From the NCBI GenBank assembly GCA_963727775.1, contig CAVSHB010000004.1, positions 192,001 to 256,000 of the forward strand: 64,000 nucleotides of DNA, written 5' to 3'. The stretch is from an uncultured Nitrospiraceae bacterium. GTDB taxonomy: Bacteria; Nitrospirota; Thermodesulfovibrionia; Thermodesulfovibrionales; SM23-35. This document shows, one piece after another, positions 18,436-28,851 of this stretch; positions within the stretch are counted from its first letter, which is position 1, and each line of letters begins with the position of its first letter. The notes beneath the pieces were generated by a model. It had not been told where the DNA came from. It did no database searches and was given only the letters and a program-made list of their open reading frames with translations. Both the position numbers and the translations under genes were made by a program.

Positions 18436-19212
18436 ATGCATAATACATTTTTATATATCATTGTCTTTCTATTCGGTTCTGTTGTCGGCTCATTCCTTAA
18501 TGTATGCATATACAGAATGCCGAGAAAACTGTCGATAATCTTACCGTCATCTATGTGTCCTTCCTGCAACATGCCCATCAAGCCCTATGATAATATCCCA
18601 TTATTGAGCTTTCTGTTCCTGGGAGGCAGGTGCAGGGTATGCAAGGCCGGCATACCGTTCAGATACCCTCTGGTTGAGTTCCTGAACGCGGCATTATATG
18701 TTTTAGTGCTGTGGAGATTCGCGTTCGGCCTGCATACCGCTGTGTACTTTGTATTCTGTTCGGCCCTTATCGTGATAACCTTCATAGATCTTGATTTTCA
18801 GATCATACCCGACAGAATTACCTTACCGGGTATCCCGATAGGACTTATAGCCGGGTCTTTTCTTTTGCCTGATCCGTTTATGAGATATTCTCTGCTTGGA
18901 TACAAGGCCTCAATTATCGGGTTTTTAATAGGAGGCGGTCTATTCTATGCTGTTGCTGTTTTGAGCAGAGGCGGCATGGGAGGCGGAGACATCAAGATGA
19001 TGGCAATGGTCGGCTCTTTGATGGGCTGGAAATCGGTGCTCCTGACAACGTTTCTCGGCAGCCTTACGGGGGCTGTTCTCGGAGTATCCCTTATGGTCTT
19101 TAAGGGCAAAGGGAGAAAGACAAAGATCCCGTTCGGTCCGTTTCTTGCCTTCGGTGCGCTTGTTACGCTTTTCTACGGGCAGGAAATACTTTACTGGTAT
19201 TTAAACAGGTAA
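18436..19212 (+). CDS. pilD: Type IV prepilin peptidase/N-methyltransferase
   Basis: GSFLNVCIYRMP, CPSC..CRVC, IDLDFQIIPD, GMGGGDIK, IPFGPFLA. Confidence 0.93.
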   Translation: MHNTFLYIIVFLFGSVVGSFLNVCIYRMPRKLSIILPSSMCPSCNMPIKPYDNIPLLSFLFLGGRCRVCKAGIPFRYPLVEFLNAALYVLVLWRFAFGLHTAVYFVFCSALIVITFIDLDFQIIPDRITLPGIPIGLIAGSFLLPDPFMRYSLLGYKASIIGFLIGGGLFYAVAVLSRGGMGGGDIKMMAMVGSLMGWKSVLLTTFLGSLTGAVLGVSLMVFKGKGRKTKIPFGPFLAFGALVTLFYGQEILYWYLNR

Positions 19213-19220
19213 GAATTCAG

Positions 19221-20453
19221 GTGAATGCAGAGATACTTTTATATTCTTCCATACTCCTTATCGCTGGCATAATTTTTCTTTACTTCCTCAGACTGTTTCT
19301 CAGGCTTTACAGGACAAAGAAAAACGAGGAGAAGAAGGATGTGTCCCAGGTCGGCTTTGTCGTTGACACCTTTCATGATCTCGTGTCCCAGCTTAAAGAC
19401 AAAGAGAGAGAGCTTGAAATCCTCAAAAAAAAAGCTGAAGACAGGGCTATAGCAATCGAAGGGTACAATGAAAATATTCTGCAGAGTGTACCAAGCGGCG
19501 TAATCAGTTTCGATGATGAAATGAGAATTACAAAAATGAACATGTCCGCGGAGAAAATACTTGAGGTTAACATTGATAAGGTCATTGGGAAACATTATAC
19601 CGACATATTAAACAAGCCCATAACCGATTTCCTTACGGAAAAGAAAACCATCGAAAGGGGCGAGACCGTTTATACAACATCGTCCGGCAAACGTATATGG
19701 CTGGGGCTTACCCTCTCTCCGTTAAAAAACAGTGAGGGCTCAACTATAGGCCGGATACTGATTTTTACGGATCTTACACATCTCAAGGCAATCGAGTCTC
19801 AGATAGCGCTGAGGGACAAGCTGTCTAGTCTCGGCGAGATATCCGCCGGGATCGCGCATGAGTTAAGAAACCCCATGGCAGTGATAGCCGGCTATACAAA
19901 GATTTTATCAAAAAAAGCGGATACATCGTTAAAACCCTCTGTTGATGCCATATCAAAAGAGATCATCGTAATGGACAGGATCATCTCCGACTTTCTTTCA
20001 TTTGCAAAACCCGCCGAGCTCAGTATCTTCAATATCGACCTGAAAACCATGATCGAAAGCTGCGCTTCATCAGTTACGGGAGACAGGAAAGATATCGTCC
20101 TGAAACTAGAGATTGACACCCTGCCCTCAATAAAAGGTGATGAGGTATTGCTGCGGCAGGCGTTTATAAATCTTATGCAGAATTCGATCGAAGCCATGCC
20201 ACAGGGCGGCGTTCTAACTATAAAGGCAATTAGAGGCGATTTCCTGGATATATTCATTTCTGATACGGGGCATGGCGTTTCAGAAAATATGCAAGATAAG
20301 ATATTCCTGCCTTTCTTTACCACAAAGGAAAAAGGAACCGGCCTCGGACTTGCAATAGTTCACAAGATTATCGTGTCCCACGGCGGCAGCATTACCGTTG
20401 AAAGCAACGAAAAAGGAACGACATTCAGGATACGGTTGCCTTTGTTGGAATAA
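19221..20453 (+). CDS. Membrane-anchored PAS sensor histidine kinase (NtrB/PilS-like)
   Basis: N-terminal TM, PAS, H-box AHELRNP, N/G/F boxes (NLMQNSIEA, DTGHG, PFFTTK, GTGLGL). Confidence 0.9.
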   Translation: MNAEILLYSSILLIAGIIFLYFLRLFLRLYRTKKNEEKKDVSQVGFVVDTFHDLVSQLKDKERELEILKKKAEDRAIAIEGYNENILQSVPSGVISFDDEMRITKMNMSAEKILEVNIDKVIGKHYTDILNKPITDFLTEKKTIERGETVYTTSSGKRIWLGLTLSPLKNSEGSTIGRILIFTDLTHLKAIESQIALRDKLSSLGEISAGIAHELRNPMAVIAGYTKILSKKADTSLKPSVDAISKEIIVMDRIISDFLSFAKPAELSIFNIDLKTMIESCASSVTGDRKDIVLKLEIDTLPSIKGDEVLLRQAFINLMQNSIEAMPQGGVLTIKAIRGDFLDIFISDTGHGVSENMQDKIFLPFFTTKEKGTGLGLAIVHKIIVSHGGSITVESNEKGTTFRIRLPLLE

Positions 20454-20618
20454 ACACTCACGAACCGATTCGATTTTTTTGATTCCTCTTGTACTCGGAA
20501 AGCTCTGAATTATAATATCCTCGTAACCTGAGGTAACCCGGCTTATTTTCGGCGTACCATACAGACAGAACTGGTCTGGTAAGATTTTACGGACTCCTTG
20601 AATATTTGGAAGAGCACT

Positions 20619-22205
20619 TCACTGTAAAACACCTGTAAGCAGATTCCTTGCTACACGAAATTCAAGAAGCGGCTTGTCATCGGTGTTGAGTGGTATACCA
20701 GTCAGATTTCTTAAGAAATCCCGCGTTTGATCCGGGTCTTTTGATAAAACAAAGTCCAGAGGAAAACCGCTATTGTTAAGCACTTCAACGCGCCGAATAA
20801 TCTCTTCGGAATTATATGCAAAAGGATTATTGGATCCGACCAGAAGAATATCCAGAGAATGCTTTACCGCCCAGACATATACATATTTGAATGCCGTACC
20901 GAAGGTCTTTACCATCATGCTTACGTCGGCGTCTCTAAGCTGATAATAGGGCAGCCACTGGCAATAGACGCCGCCGGGATTCAGCTTTGAGGAGGCCAGC
21001 TCGTAAAAGTCTTTTGTGAAAAGGTTGCCGACGGACGATTCCGTAGGGTAGGAAGGTTCCGAGGATATGATATCGAATTTCTTATCTGTAAGGAGCAGAA
21101 AATTACGGGCGTCATTGACTGAAATCTGAACGTTATCGAGAATTCCAGGTGGACCAAATCTTCCGACGGCCTCAAGAACTCCGCGATTGATTTCAACCAA
21201 ATATGTGTCTTTCACATGTTGCTTAGCCGCATTCAGCGTTACGCCGGCCCCCAATCCGATCGTGAGAAATGACTCGGGTCCCCGGTGGGATGCAATCGGA
21301 AGATACGCAAGTAAAAGGGTATTGACCATGTCGATTAAGGAAGTTCCTTCGATCTTCCCTCCCACCTGCAATACAAGAAATCCGCCTTCATTTCTCCATA
21401 GCTTAACCCTGCCCTCCATGAAGTCTTTGTCCATGAGAACAGTCGATCCTGCGCGTTCTTCTTCCAACTGTTTGTAATCTTGATATCGCTGAGCTATATA
21501 GTATGTCATAGTCCACTTGTCTTCCCGGGAAATAAGCGCAGCCGACAAAGGCGCAGCCACAAGGATTATTAACCCTACAATCAAAGCGCCTTTCAACCTG
21601 GCTCTTGACAAGCCGGTCATGGTCAAAGCGACGAAAATATTGATGCATGCCGCCGTAACTGCGGCCATTCTTGTGCCGAAAACAGGCATAAGAATAAACC
21701 CGGCGCAAAAGGATCCAATAATTGCGCCGAATGTATTGAAGGAATATGCATTGCCAACTCCCCTGCCCACCTCATCGATAGATGTGGTTACCTTCTTGCT
21801 AACTACGGGAAAAGTTGCACCCATCAAAGTGGTTGGGATAATCATGACAATAGCGCATAGTAAAAACTGAAAGAAAAAGTAGATGGATGGTGTAAGATGG
21901 AATGCTTTATAAATCTTAAAGTAAAGTGGCGGGAGTAGATGAATGAGAGGAATCGTGACAAGACCGAAGATGCCGATGCCGAGTTCAAGAAGTCCAAAAA
22001 TCAGCAAGAGATTCTTGCCCCTGTCTGCAAGCTTTCCGCCTATGAACCCACCTAACGCTAAACCGGCCATAAATGTCGAAAGGAGTGTAGATAACGCATA
22101 AGTCGTAGATCCCAGAATTATTGACAGTGCCCGGGTCCATACGACTTCATAGATAAGGGCGGCAGCGCCGGAGAAACCAAATGCGACAAGTAAAATCCAT
22201 CTCAT
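20619..22205 (-). CDS. Fused MFS-like membrane domain / spermidine synthase-like SAM-fold protein
   Basis: SGAAALIYEVVW, LMGATFP, multiple TMs; C-terminal IGLGAG, VEIN, DARNFL, FDIISSEP, NTDDKP. Confidence 0.85.
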   Translation of the reverse strand: MRWILLVAFGFSGAAALIYEVVWTRALSIILGSTTYALSTLLSTFMAGLALGGFIGGKLADRGKNLLLIFGLLELGIGIFGLVTIPLIHLLPPLYFKIYKAFHLTPSIYFFFQFLLCAIVMIIPTTLMGATFPVVSKKVTTSIDEVGRGVGNAYSFNTFGAIIGSFCAGFILMPVFGTRMAAVTAACINIFVALTMTGLSRARLKGALIVGLIILVAAPLSAALISREDKWTMTYYIAQRYQDYKQLEEERAGSTVLMDKDFMEGRVKLWRNEGGFLVLQVGGKIEGTSLIDMVNTLLLAYLPIASHRGPESFLTIGLGAGVTLNAAKQHVKDTYLVEINRGVLEAVGRFGPPGILDNVQISVNDARNFLLLTDKKFDIISSEPSYPTESSVGNLFTKDFYELASSKLNPGGVYCQWLPYYQLRDADVSMMVKTFGTAFKYVYVWAVKHSLDILLVGSNNPFAYNSEEIIRRVEVLNNSGFPLDFVLSKDPDQTRDFLRNLTGIPLNTDDKPLLEFRVARNLLTGVLQ

Positions 22206-22819
22206 ATTAATTTTTAGTTTAGTTCACCTTTAAGTTTTTAAGCAACTCAAATTGTTCTTTAATTCGTCTTTTTTTCTACGGTACCAAAAAAGGAGAAGAC
22301 ATCAAGTAGAAAAGATTTTATTTTTTTAACGCTCCCTCACCAGTACCCCAGACTAACCCTATTCTTAGTTTAGAATTATCATGATGAACCTTATCTATCC
22401 ATTTCTGGACTAATATTAAGTCTGCAGTCATAATGACTGCCTTCTTAAATTGTGGTAATTCGGCGCCCATCTCTACATAACATTACACTTGGAAATCAAT
22501 AAAAAATAGTAATATAGCCCAAAAATCGTAGAATATAAGAAAGACACTGCTCTCTTGGTTGAGCCCTGTTAACGCTCTAAAATGTCTTGCCCGGCGATAT
22601 AGGTAGTCCTTCCGTGAGCTTCGCTCAAACTTTTTTCGCAACTATGTATATACTGAAAAGTATAAAATATAGATGCTTCTTCTTTTGACACCTGTTTCAG
22701 CACAAGTTTTCCAAAGTCTAAATCTCTTGGCCAACCGTCTTGTTCCACTTCACTCTGCAAGATACTTGCACAGTATGATGTAGGATGGAAAAAGTGGACA
22801 CCAAAGTCAGATAAAATAA

Positions 22820-23155
22820 ATGAAAGACGGAGGTGTCAGAATGAAAGGGATTCCGCAGGGACGTTACACGAAGGAGTTTCGTGGGGAGGCAGTGAAGATG
22901 GTGTTAGCCGGGGGTATATCGTTGCTGGAGGCAGCTCACCGGCTGTCATTGCCGCCCTCGACGTTAGGGAACTGGGTCAAGGCGCATAAAGCTGGCAAGC
23001 TGGAAGATATAGGCAAGACACAGAAGCCACTGACGGAGCTAGAGATGGAACTGGCAAGGGTAAAGAAAGAGCTGGTAGAGACGAGAATGGAGCGTGATCT
23101 GCTAAAAAAAGCTGCCGCGTACTTTGCGAAGGAGTCGCTGCCCGGTACGCGCTAA
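22820..23155 (+). CDS. IS3 transposase OrfA (HTH)
   Basis: YTKEFRGEAV...LKKAAAYF; A7G slippery site at 23104-23111 leads into the -1 orfB frame. Confidence 0.9.
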   Translation: MKDGGVRMKGIPQGRYTKEFRGEAVKMVLAGGISLLEAAHRLSLPPSTLGNWVKAHKAGKLEDIGKTQKPLTELEMELARVKKELVETRMERDLLKKAAAYFAKESLPGTR

Positions 23156-24015
23156 TGAAAGAAATGCGACTTCAATATTCAGTGCCGCTGATGTGCCGGA
23201 TATATAACGTATCGGCAAGCGGATACTATGCACACGTGACAAGGCCGCTTTCTAAGCGGGGGCAGGAAGACGCCCGCTTGGAGGTTGAGATTAAGGCTGC
23301 ACATAAGAGGACACGGCGGGTATGCGGCGCTGAGAGATTACAGAAGGATTTGGCAGACAACGGTATTGCAGTGGGTGTTTGCCGGATCAAGCGACTCAGG
23401 AAGAAGCTCGGTATACGCTGTAAGCAGACGAAGAAATTCAAAACTACAACTGACTCAAAACATACGCTTCCGGTGGCTGAGAACCTACTGGACCAGCAGT
23501 TTGAAGTATCCAGGCCGAACATGGCATGGTTGAGCGATATAACATATGTTTGGACCGATGAAGGATGGCTGTACCTTGCCGCGCACAAGGATCTTTTTAA
23601 CGGTGAGATAGTCGGATACGCAATGGGAGAACGGATAACGAAGAGCCTTGTAAGTCAGTCTTTATTCCGTGCCGTTGCAGCGAAGCGTCCAGGGAAGGGG
23701 CTGATTCATCACTCGGATCGCGGGAGCCAATATTGTGCTCATGATTATCGGAAGCTTCTTAATCAGTTCGGCATGACGGCATCAATGAGTAGAAAAGGGA
23801 ATTGCTACGACAATGCCCCGATGGAGAGTTTCTGGGGCACGCTGAAGCAGGAGCTTGTCCATCACAGACGCTACAGGAACAGACAAGAGGCAGTGCAGGA
23901 TATCACGGAATATATCGAGATCTTCTACAACAGGCAGCGCCGACAGGCAAGACTTGGATATCTATCCCCAGTTGCTTATGAGTATCAATTCTATGCACGA
24001 GAGCTGGCAGCATGA
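23155..24015 (+). CDS. IS3 transposase OrfB (DDE integrase core)
   Basis: WLSDITY, HHSDRGSQY, GNCYDNAPMESFW. Confidence 0.93.
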   Translation: MKEMRLQYSVPLMCRIYNVSASGYYAHVTRPLSKRGQEDARLEVEIKAAHKRTRRVCGAERLQKDLADNGIAVGVCRIKRLRKKLGIRCKQTKKFKTTTDSKHTLPVAENLLDQQFEVSRPNMAWLSDITYVWTDEGWLYLAAHKDLFNGEIVGYAMGERITKSLVSQSLFRAVAAKRPGKGLIHHSDRGSQYCAHDYRKLLNQFGMTASMSRKGNCYDNAPMESFWGTLKQELVHHRRYRNRQEAVQDITEYIEIFYNRQRRQARLGYLSPVAYEYQFYARELAA

Positions 24016-24659
24016 AAGGTTTGGTGTCCACTATTGACATCCGAGGTCAGTCAACTATTCTATAGCCCGTTCCGGAAAAGAGTTTGAATATCTCATTCCA
24101 TGTAAAAAAACGAATGTGAGTAGAGTCCATGAGTCCATATTTGGTATAGCACCAATTTCCGTTTATCAATTGCAGAATAAGTGAAATATTTTGTGTATTG
24201 GGAATACTTGAAAGTATTTTGCCTTCAGGTTTTAGTATATAGCATTTTCCAGGGATCATAAAGATGCTCTAACACATCAGCGCAAACAATTAAATCAATA
24301 AATTTACGTTGCAGGTCCAGTTAGTTGTGCGAGCTCAACCTTTTCAATGTCACATAGCACAACTCGGTCAAGGCGAGTATCAGCAACAGTGACCGCACTT
24401 TTGTCTGATTCCACGCCGATGTAATGCGTACTTGGATATTTTTTCTTGACGAGCTCGCCAAAGGCACCTCTACCACAACCAATTTCGAGTACTTTCTTAG
24501 GTGCCTTTTCAATGAATTCAAGAAGCTCGCTGCGAGGATTATCACCGTAATCGCCGGGATGTTCTTTTAAAGGCGAATAGTAAGGTTTCATTTTATAGGC
24601 TCTATCCAAAAATTTTATTCAATCTGCCAAAAAAGAAGAAATATTCATCCGGCAATACC

Positions 24660-26087
24660 CTATTGTTCATGTCCGATAGAAAGAGGAAGCGACTTCTTGC
24701 AGATAAAAGCCCAGTATTCATCCGGCCCTGCCATAACTTGAAACTTCATTTTTATTTGATCAACTATTTCGAATCCCGTCCTCGAAATTAGCTATCCCCA
24801 CATCTCTTCCGTTAGAACGCTGTAATGATTCACATTTGTCTCATGATGACAGGCAGTATTTGGTGCCGGAACTTCAATATAAAGATAAGAACCGCCCTTT
24901 AATACACGATAAAATTCAGACAAGGTGAAGAATGGGAAGATGCTGTGTTCGATGCAGTGTCGCGCCCAGATGAAATTGAAAGATTCATCAGAAAAATCCA
25001 AAAACGACTGGTCCATGTTATAAACTTCATGCCCTTTTCCCTTACATGCTTGAACGTCGTCATCACTTATAGTTATCCCGACTGCTTCATATCCCTTTGC
25101 CTTAAATAAGTCTAAAGCGGGGTCCTGTCCGCATCCGACATCGAGTATTTTTGCATCTTCCGAGATGTAATGCTTGCTTGAAAAATTTTCAAGCATTTGT
25201 TGGGTTATTTGCGAATGCAAGATGCTTGGAACCTCCGGATAAGCTTGCCCTTGAATTTTTCTTATGAAATCTGAAAGCCGTTTAATGCCTTCTGCCTGTG
25301 CATCAGGTGCCAACCGATTCCCACTTAGACTTTTCTCAATCGATTTCTTCATGCTATTTTGCGAGATAATCGGATGCCATTTTGCTATAAATTTTCTTCT
25401 GTTTTCCGAATATATATCATTTCGATGAACCTCTTTTCCAAAATAGTTAATTGTTAAATCCGGGTTTGCGGAGATTCCCCAATGATGTTCAAACTCTACT
25501 ACTGGAACTGCATAACAAGCAAGCCCATTTTGCATCAGCTGCAGCCCTATGTCCCACTCCTCAAAAAAACATGGGCTGAAGCGAACGTCAAACATCAGAT
25601 TATGTTCCAAAAATCGGTCAAGATGGACAGCGAAAAAGAATCCCGAAACGGCATGGCACTCTATCGGCTGATCAAAAGTACCTTTATTAAAATACCTCAA
25701 ATCACATAGATTTTGAAAATCAATGTGCGCCCCTTGCGGGCCTACAATTGCGGCCCTGTCCAAAGAGAAAAGATAGGATTCGATTTCTGTAATCGCTTTT
25801 GGCAGCACGTGGAGATCGGCATTGAGAATAAATACAGCCTTACCTTCAGCCAAATTAAGACCGATATTCCATGACCTGCTCACTCCCGCATTGAGATTGT
25901 TATAGCAGTATTTATCTATCCGCTCGTGTGAGTAAAGTTCCTGGTAAACCTCGTGACTGTTGAAAATGCAGATGACTTCACCTGATACATGCTTAAGGTC
26001 TTCGAGCAATGTCCTTATATTATATGGACTGTGCGGAGAGAAGTCCAGAACGGGAATAACAAAACTTCTTTGTATCTTAGTTTTCAT
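24660..26087 (-). CDS. GT2-like glycosyltransferase fused to a SAM methyltransferase; in-frame TAG at 24792-24794
   Basis: SFVIPV, NAGVSRSWNIG, LNADL, FEEWDIG, then ILDVGCG, ARHCIEHS, VLKGGSYLYIEVP. The frame continues past the TAG for 43 codons (LISRTGFEIV...GPDEYWAFIC) to 24660. Confidence 0.75.
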
Positions 26088-26236
26088 AAACTACTCTTTT
26101 CTATCAGAAGCATATGTAAGACTTCACTATTTTGAGGTTGTTTCTTTAATATTTTTCTGTATAGAGATTCTGCTTGTTGTAAGTTTCCTGCTTGATGATG
26201 CTCTAAAGCGGATTGGATTGCCTTATTGATATCCAT
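26084..26236 (-). pseudogene. N-terminal fragment of a TPR protein
   Basis: MDINKAIQSALEHHQAGNLQQAESLYRKILKKQP closely resembles the N-termini of 26722.. and 34032.., then stops. Confidence 0.7.
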
Positions 26237-26307
26237 TAGTTCAAATGATGCAAATGAAGAAAAGTAATGTCGATTACCAGCCAAAACATATAATATTTTA
26301 ACAAATT

Positions 26308-26526
26308 TTGGCTTTTGCGTGTTACACCTCTGGGGACAAGAAAGCGTTTACGCATCCGGCGGAATCATTATTAAGAAAATTAAAAAAGATAAAGAAGAGC
26401 AAAGTAGAAAACAAAACACAAACAACTGTCGAGGGAGTTCGATTTGAGGAAGCTGAATATTTGTATGGAAGAGGGCTTGACTTACAGGAGAAAGGTCTCT
26501 TTAACGAAGCATTGCTTGTGACATAA
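26308..26526 (+). pseudogene. Possible TPR remnant
   Basis: C-terminal AEYLYGRGLDLQEKGLFNEAL resembles a TPR helix; TTG start, no clear SD. Confidence 0.35.
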
Positions 26527-26721
26527 GGTGCCCGCAGCAGAGACTGCAGGGTATATGAATTAATCTAACTTATAGAAGTCGAGGTTCAACATCTCACCCT
26601 TTTTTGTGTGTAGTTCCCGCAGTCAACATATGATAATTTGTCAAGAATATTGTATATTTCTAATGATAACTAATAAACCACAACTTTTTTTAAAATTATT
26701 ATTTATAGAAAAAGATAACCG

Positions 26722-28851
26722 ATGAATCTTAATAATGCAATCAAATCAGCTTTAGAAAATTTTCATGCAGGTAATTTACAACAAGCAGAAATTCTCTTTA
26801 AGAAAATACTAAAAGTTCAGTCAAAAAACTGTGCTGTTCTCAATTTTCTTGGAGTTATAAATTATCAACTCAAAAATTATGATTCTTCAATAGATTATTA
26901 CAGAGAAGCACTTCGATGTGCTCCCACAAATGCCGATCTATATTACAATCTTGGGAAATCTTACCAGGCCAAAGGACAACTCGATGACGCTGTAATGTTT
27001 TATCAAAAGGCAATACAGCTCAACCCAAGCCTTGTTGAAGCATATTACAATTTAGGTACAGTTTGCCAAGACAAAGGACGACTCGATGACGCTATAATTT
27101 CTTATTCAAAAGCACTAACGTTCAACCCAAACCTTGCAGCTGCATATTACAATTTAGGTACAGTTTACCAAGACAAAGGACAACTTGATGATGCTATAAT
27201 GTTTTATCAAAAAGCACTACAGCTCAACCCAAACCTTGTTGAAGCATATTGCAATCTAGGAGCCACACTTAGAGACAAAGGACAACTTGATGATGCTATA
27301 AAATATTTACAGAAAGCTTTACAGATTAACCCAGGCTTTACTGATGCATATTACAATTTAGGTTTGGCATTAATTGAGCATGGAAAGTTGGAAGAAGCAA
27401 TAGCTGCTTTTGATATGTCTCTTTACCATAAACCTGATTATATCAAAGCTCTATGGGCAAAATGCATATCACATATCCCAATAATTTATATAGCACAATC
27501 GGAAATCTCAACTTCTCGTAATCATTATTATAATGACTTGATAAAATTACGACAAACGATAAACCTTAGTATTAAGCAAGATATTGAAGATGCCGCAGAA
27601 GTTGTTTGTAATATACAGCCTTATAATTTGCCCTACCAGGGCTTAAATGATAAAGAACTGCAACGACTTTATGGTGAATTAGTCTGTAAAATAATGGCCG
27701 CGAGATATCCAGACTATGCAAATCCACCTAATATCCCACCTCCCTTATCTGGAGAATCATTAAGGATTGGAATTGCATCTGGCTTTTTTTATCTCCATTC
27801 AAATTGGAAAATTCCTATCAAAGGTTGGATCGAGAACATTGATAAAAAGCGTTTTGATCTTTATGGATACCATACTGGAAAAATTAAGGACAAAGCGACT
27901 GACGATGCAAAGCACTCATTTACTCACTTCATTGAGGACATCTATTCTTTTGAAGAATTGTGTAAGACCATCAGAAAAGATAATCTTCATGTATTGATCT
28001 ATCCAGAAGTTGGCATGGATCCAATGATCGTAAGGCTTGCAGCATTACGCCTCGCTCCTATTCAGTGTCTTTCATGGGGGCATCCTAATACTTCGGGCTT
28101 TCCGACTGTCGACTACTTCCTCAGTAGCGATCTCATGGAACCTCCTGATGCTGACGATCATTATACTGAAAAGCTTATTCGCTTATCAAATTTATCCATA
28201 TATTACACACCCTTAGATTTTACTATTACAGAGGTTAATCGTGAAACCTTTGGTCTTCGTCAAAAGTCCATCCTTTATCTTTCTTGTCAGTCCTTGTTTA
28301 AATATCTACCGCAATATGATGAGATATATCCACGTATTGCCAATGAGGTTGGCGACTGTCAGTTTTTATTTATTTCTCATAAAAGCAACTATATTACAGA
28401 ACGATTCCGATATCGTATCTCTCAATCGTTTAATAAGTTTGGCCTGACTGCTGATGATTATATTGTTTTTCTGCCTCAACTTGACGCAGGTCGATATAAT
28501 GCAATTAATTCTTTGTCTGATGTCTACCTTGACAGCATTGGGTGGTCGGGATGCAACTCTACTTTCGAGGCTATTGCCCATAATTTACCAATATTGACTC
28601 TTCCCGGTGAATTGATGCGTGGACGGCACAGTTCAGCAATTCTTGCCATGATGGGTGTGACGGAAACGATTGCTTCTACACAAGATGAATATATAGAACT
28701 GGCAGTTCGTTTGGGGTTAGATTCAGAATGCCGCAAACAGATATCTGATAAAATTGCCACAAATAAGCATCGTGTGTATCGAGATAAAAAATGTATTACA
28801 GCTCTTGAGGACTTTCTCGAACGTATTGTCAAAGAAAAGCTTAAGCAATGA
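26722..28851 (+). CDS. TPR-containing GT41 (O-GlcNAc transferase/SPINDLY-like) glycosyltransferase, paralog A
   Basis: TPR array, then RIGIASGFFYLHS, YPEVGMD, RLAPIQCLSWGHPNTSG, QSLFKY, LDSIGWSGCNST, MRGRH. Confidence 0.9.
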   Translation: MNLNNAIKSALENFHAGNLQQAEILFKKILKVQSKNCAVLNFLGVINYQLKNYDSSIDYYREALRCAPTNADLYYNLGKSYQAKGQLDDAVMFYQKAIQLNPSLVEAYYNLGTVCQDKGRLDDAIISYSKALTFNPNLAAAYYNLGTVYQDKGQLDDAIMFYQKALQLNPNLVEAYCNLGATLRDKGQLDDAIKYLQKALQINPGFTDAYYNLGLALIEHGKLEEAIAAFDMSLYHKPDYIKALWAKCISHIPIIYIAQSEISTSRNHYYNDLIKLRQTINLSIKQDIEDAAEVVCNIQPYNLPYQGLNDKELQRLYGELVCKIMAARYPDYANPPNIPPPLSGESLRIGIASGFFYLHSNWKIPIKGWIENIDKKRFDLYGYHTGKIKDKATDDAKHSFTHFIEDIYSFEELCKTIRKDNLHVLIYPEVGMDPMIVRLAALRLAPIQCLSWGHPNTSGFPTVDYFLSSDLMEPPDADDHYTEKLIRLSNLSIYYTPLDFTITEVNRETFGLRQKSILYLSCQSLFKYLPQYDEIYPRIANEVGDCQFLFISHKSNYITERFRYRISQSFNKFGLTADDYIVFLPQLDAGRYNAINSLSDVYLDSIGWSGCNSTFEAIAHNLPILTLPGELMRGRHSSAILAMMGVTETIASTQDEYIELAVRLGLDSECRKQISDKIATNKHRVYRDKKCITALEDFLERIVKEKLKQ
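26971..27300 (+). repeat. 102-bp near-identical tandem repeats encoding TPR units
   Basis: Units start AAAGGAC(A/G)ACT(C/T)GATGA at 26971, 27073, 27175 and 27277. Confidence 0.85.

Larger units (their letters stand above)
22776..24049 (+). mobile_element. IS3-family insertion sequence, copy 1 (1274 bp)
   Basis: Ends TGATGTAGGATGGAAAAAGTGGACACC / GGTGTCCACTATTGACATCCGAGGTCA; orfA/orfB; flanks GTA/GTC (imperfect 3-bp duplication); appears identical to 57805-59078. Confidence 0.95.
22569..24609 (-). pseudogene. Class I SAM-dependent methyltransferase pseudogene (small deletions/frameshifts, IS3 insertion)
   Basis: Fragments VLEIGCGRG (24304..24609), DVLEHLYDPW, LKPEGKILSSIPN...THIRFFT...GYRIVD. 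Beyond the IS the frame continues CASILQSEVEQ...FYTFQY (22569..22772). Confidence 0.75.
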
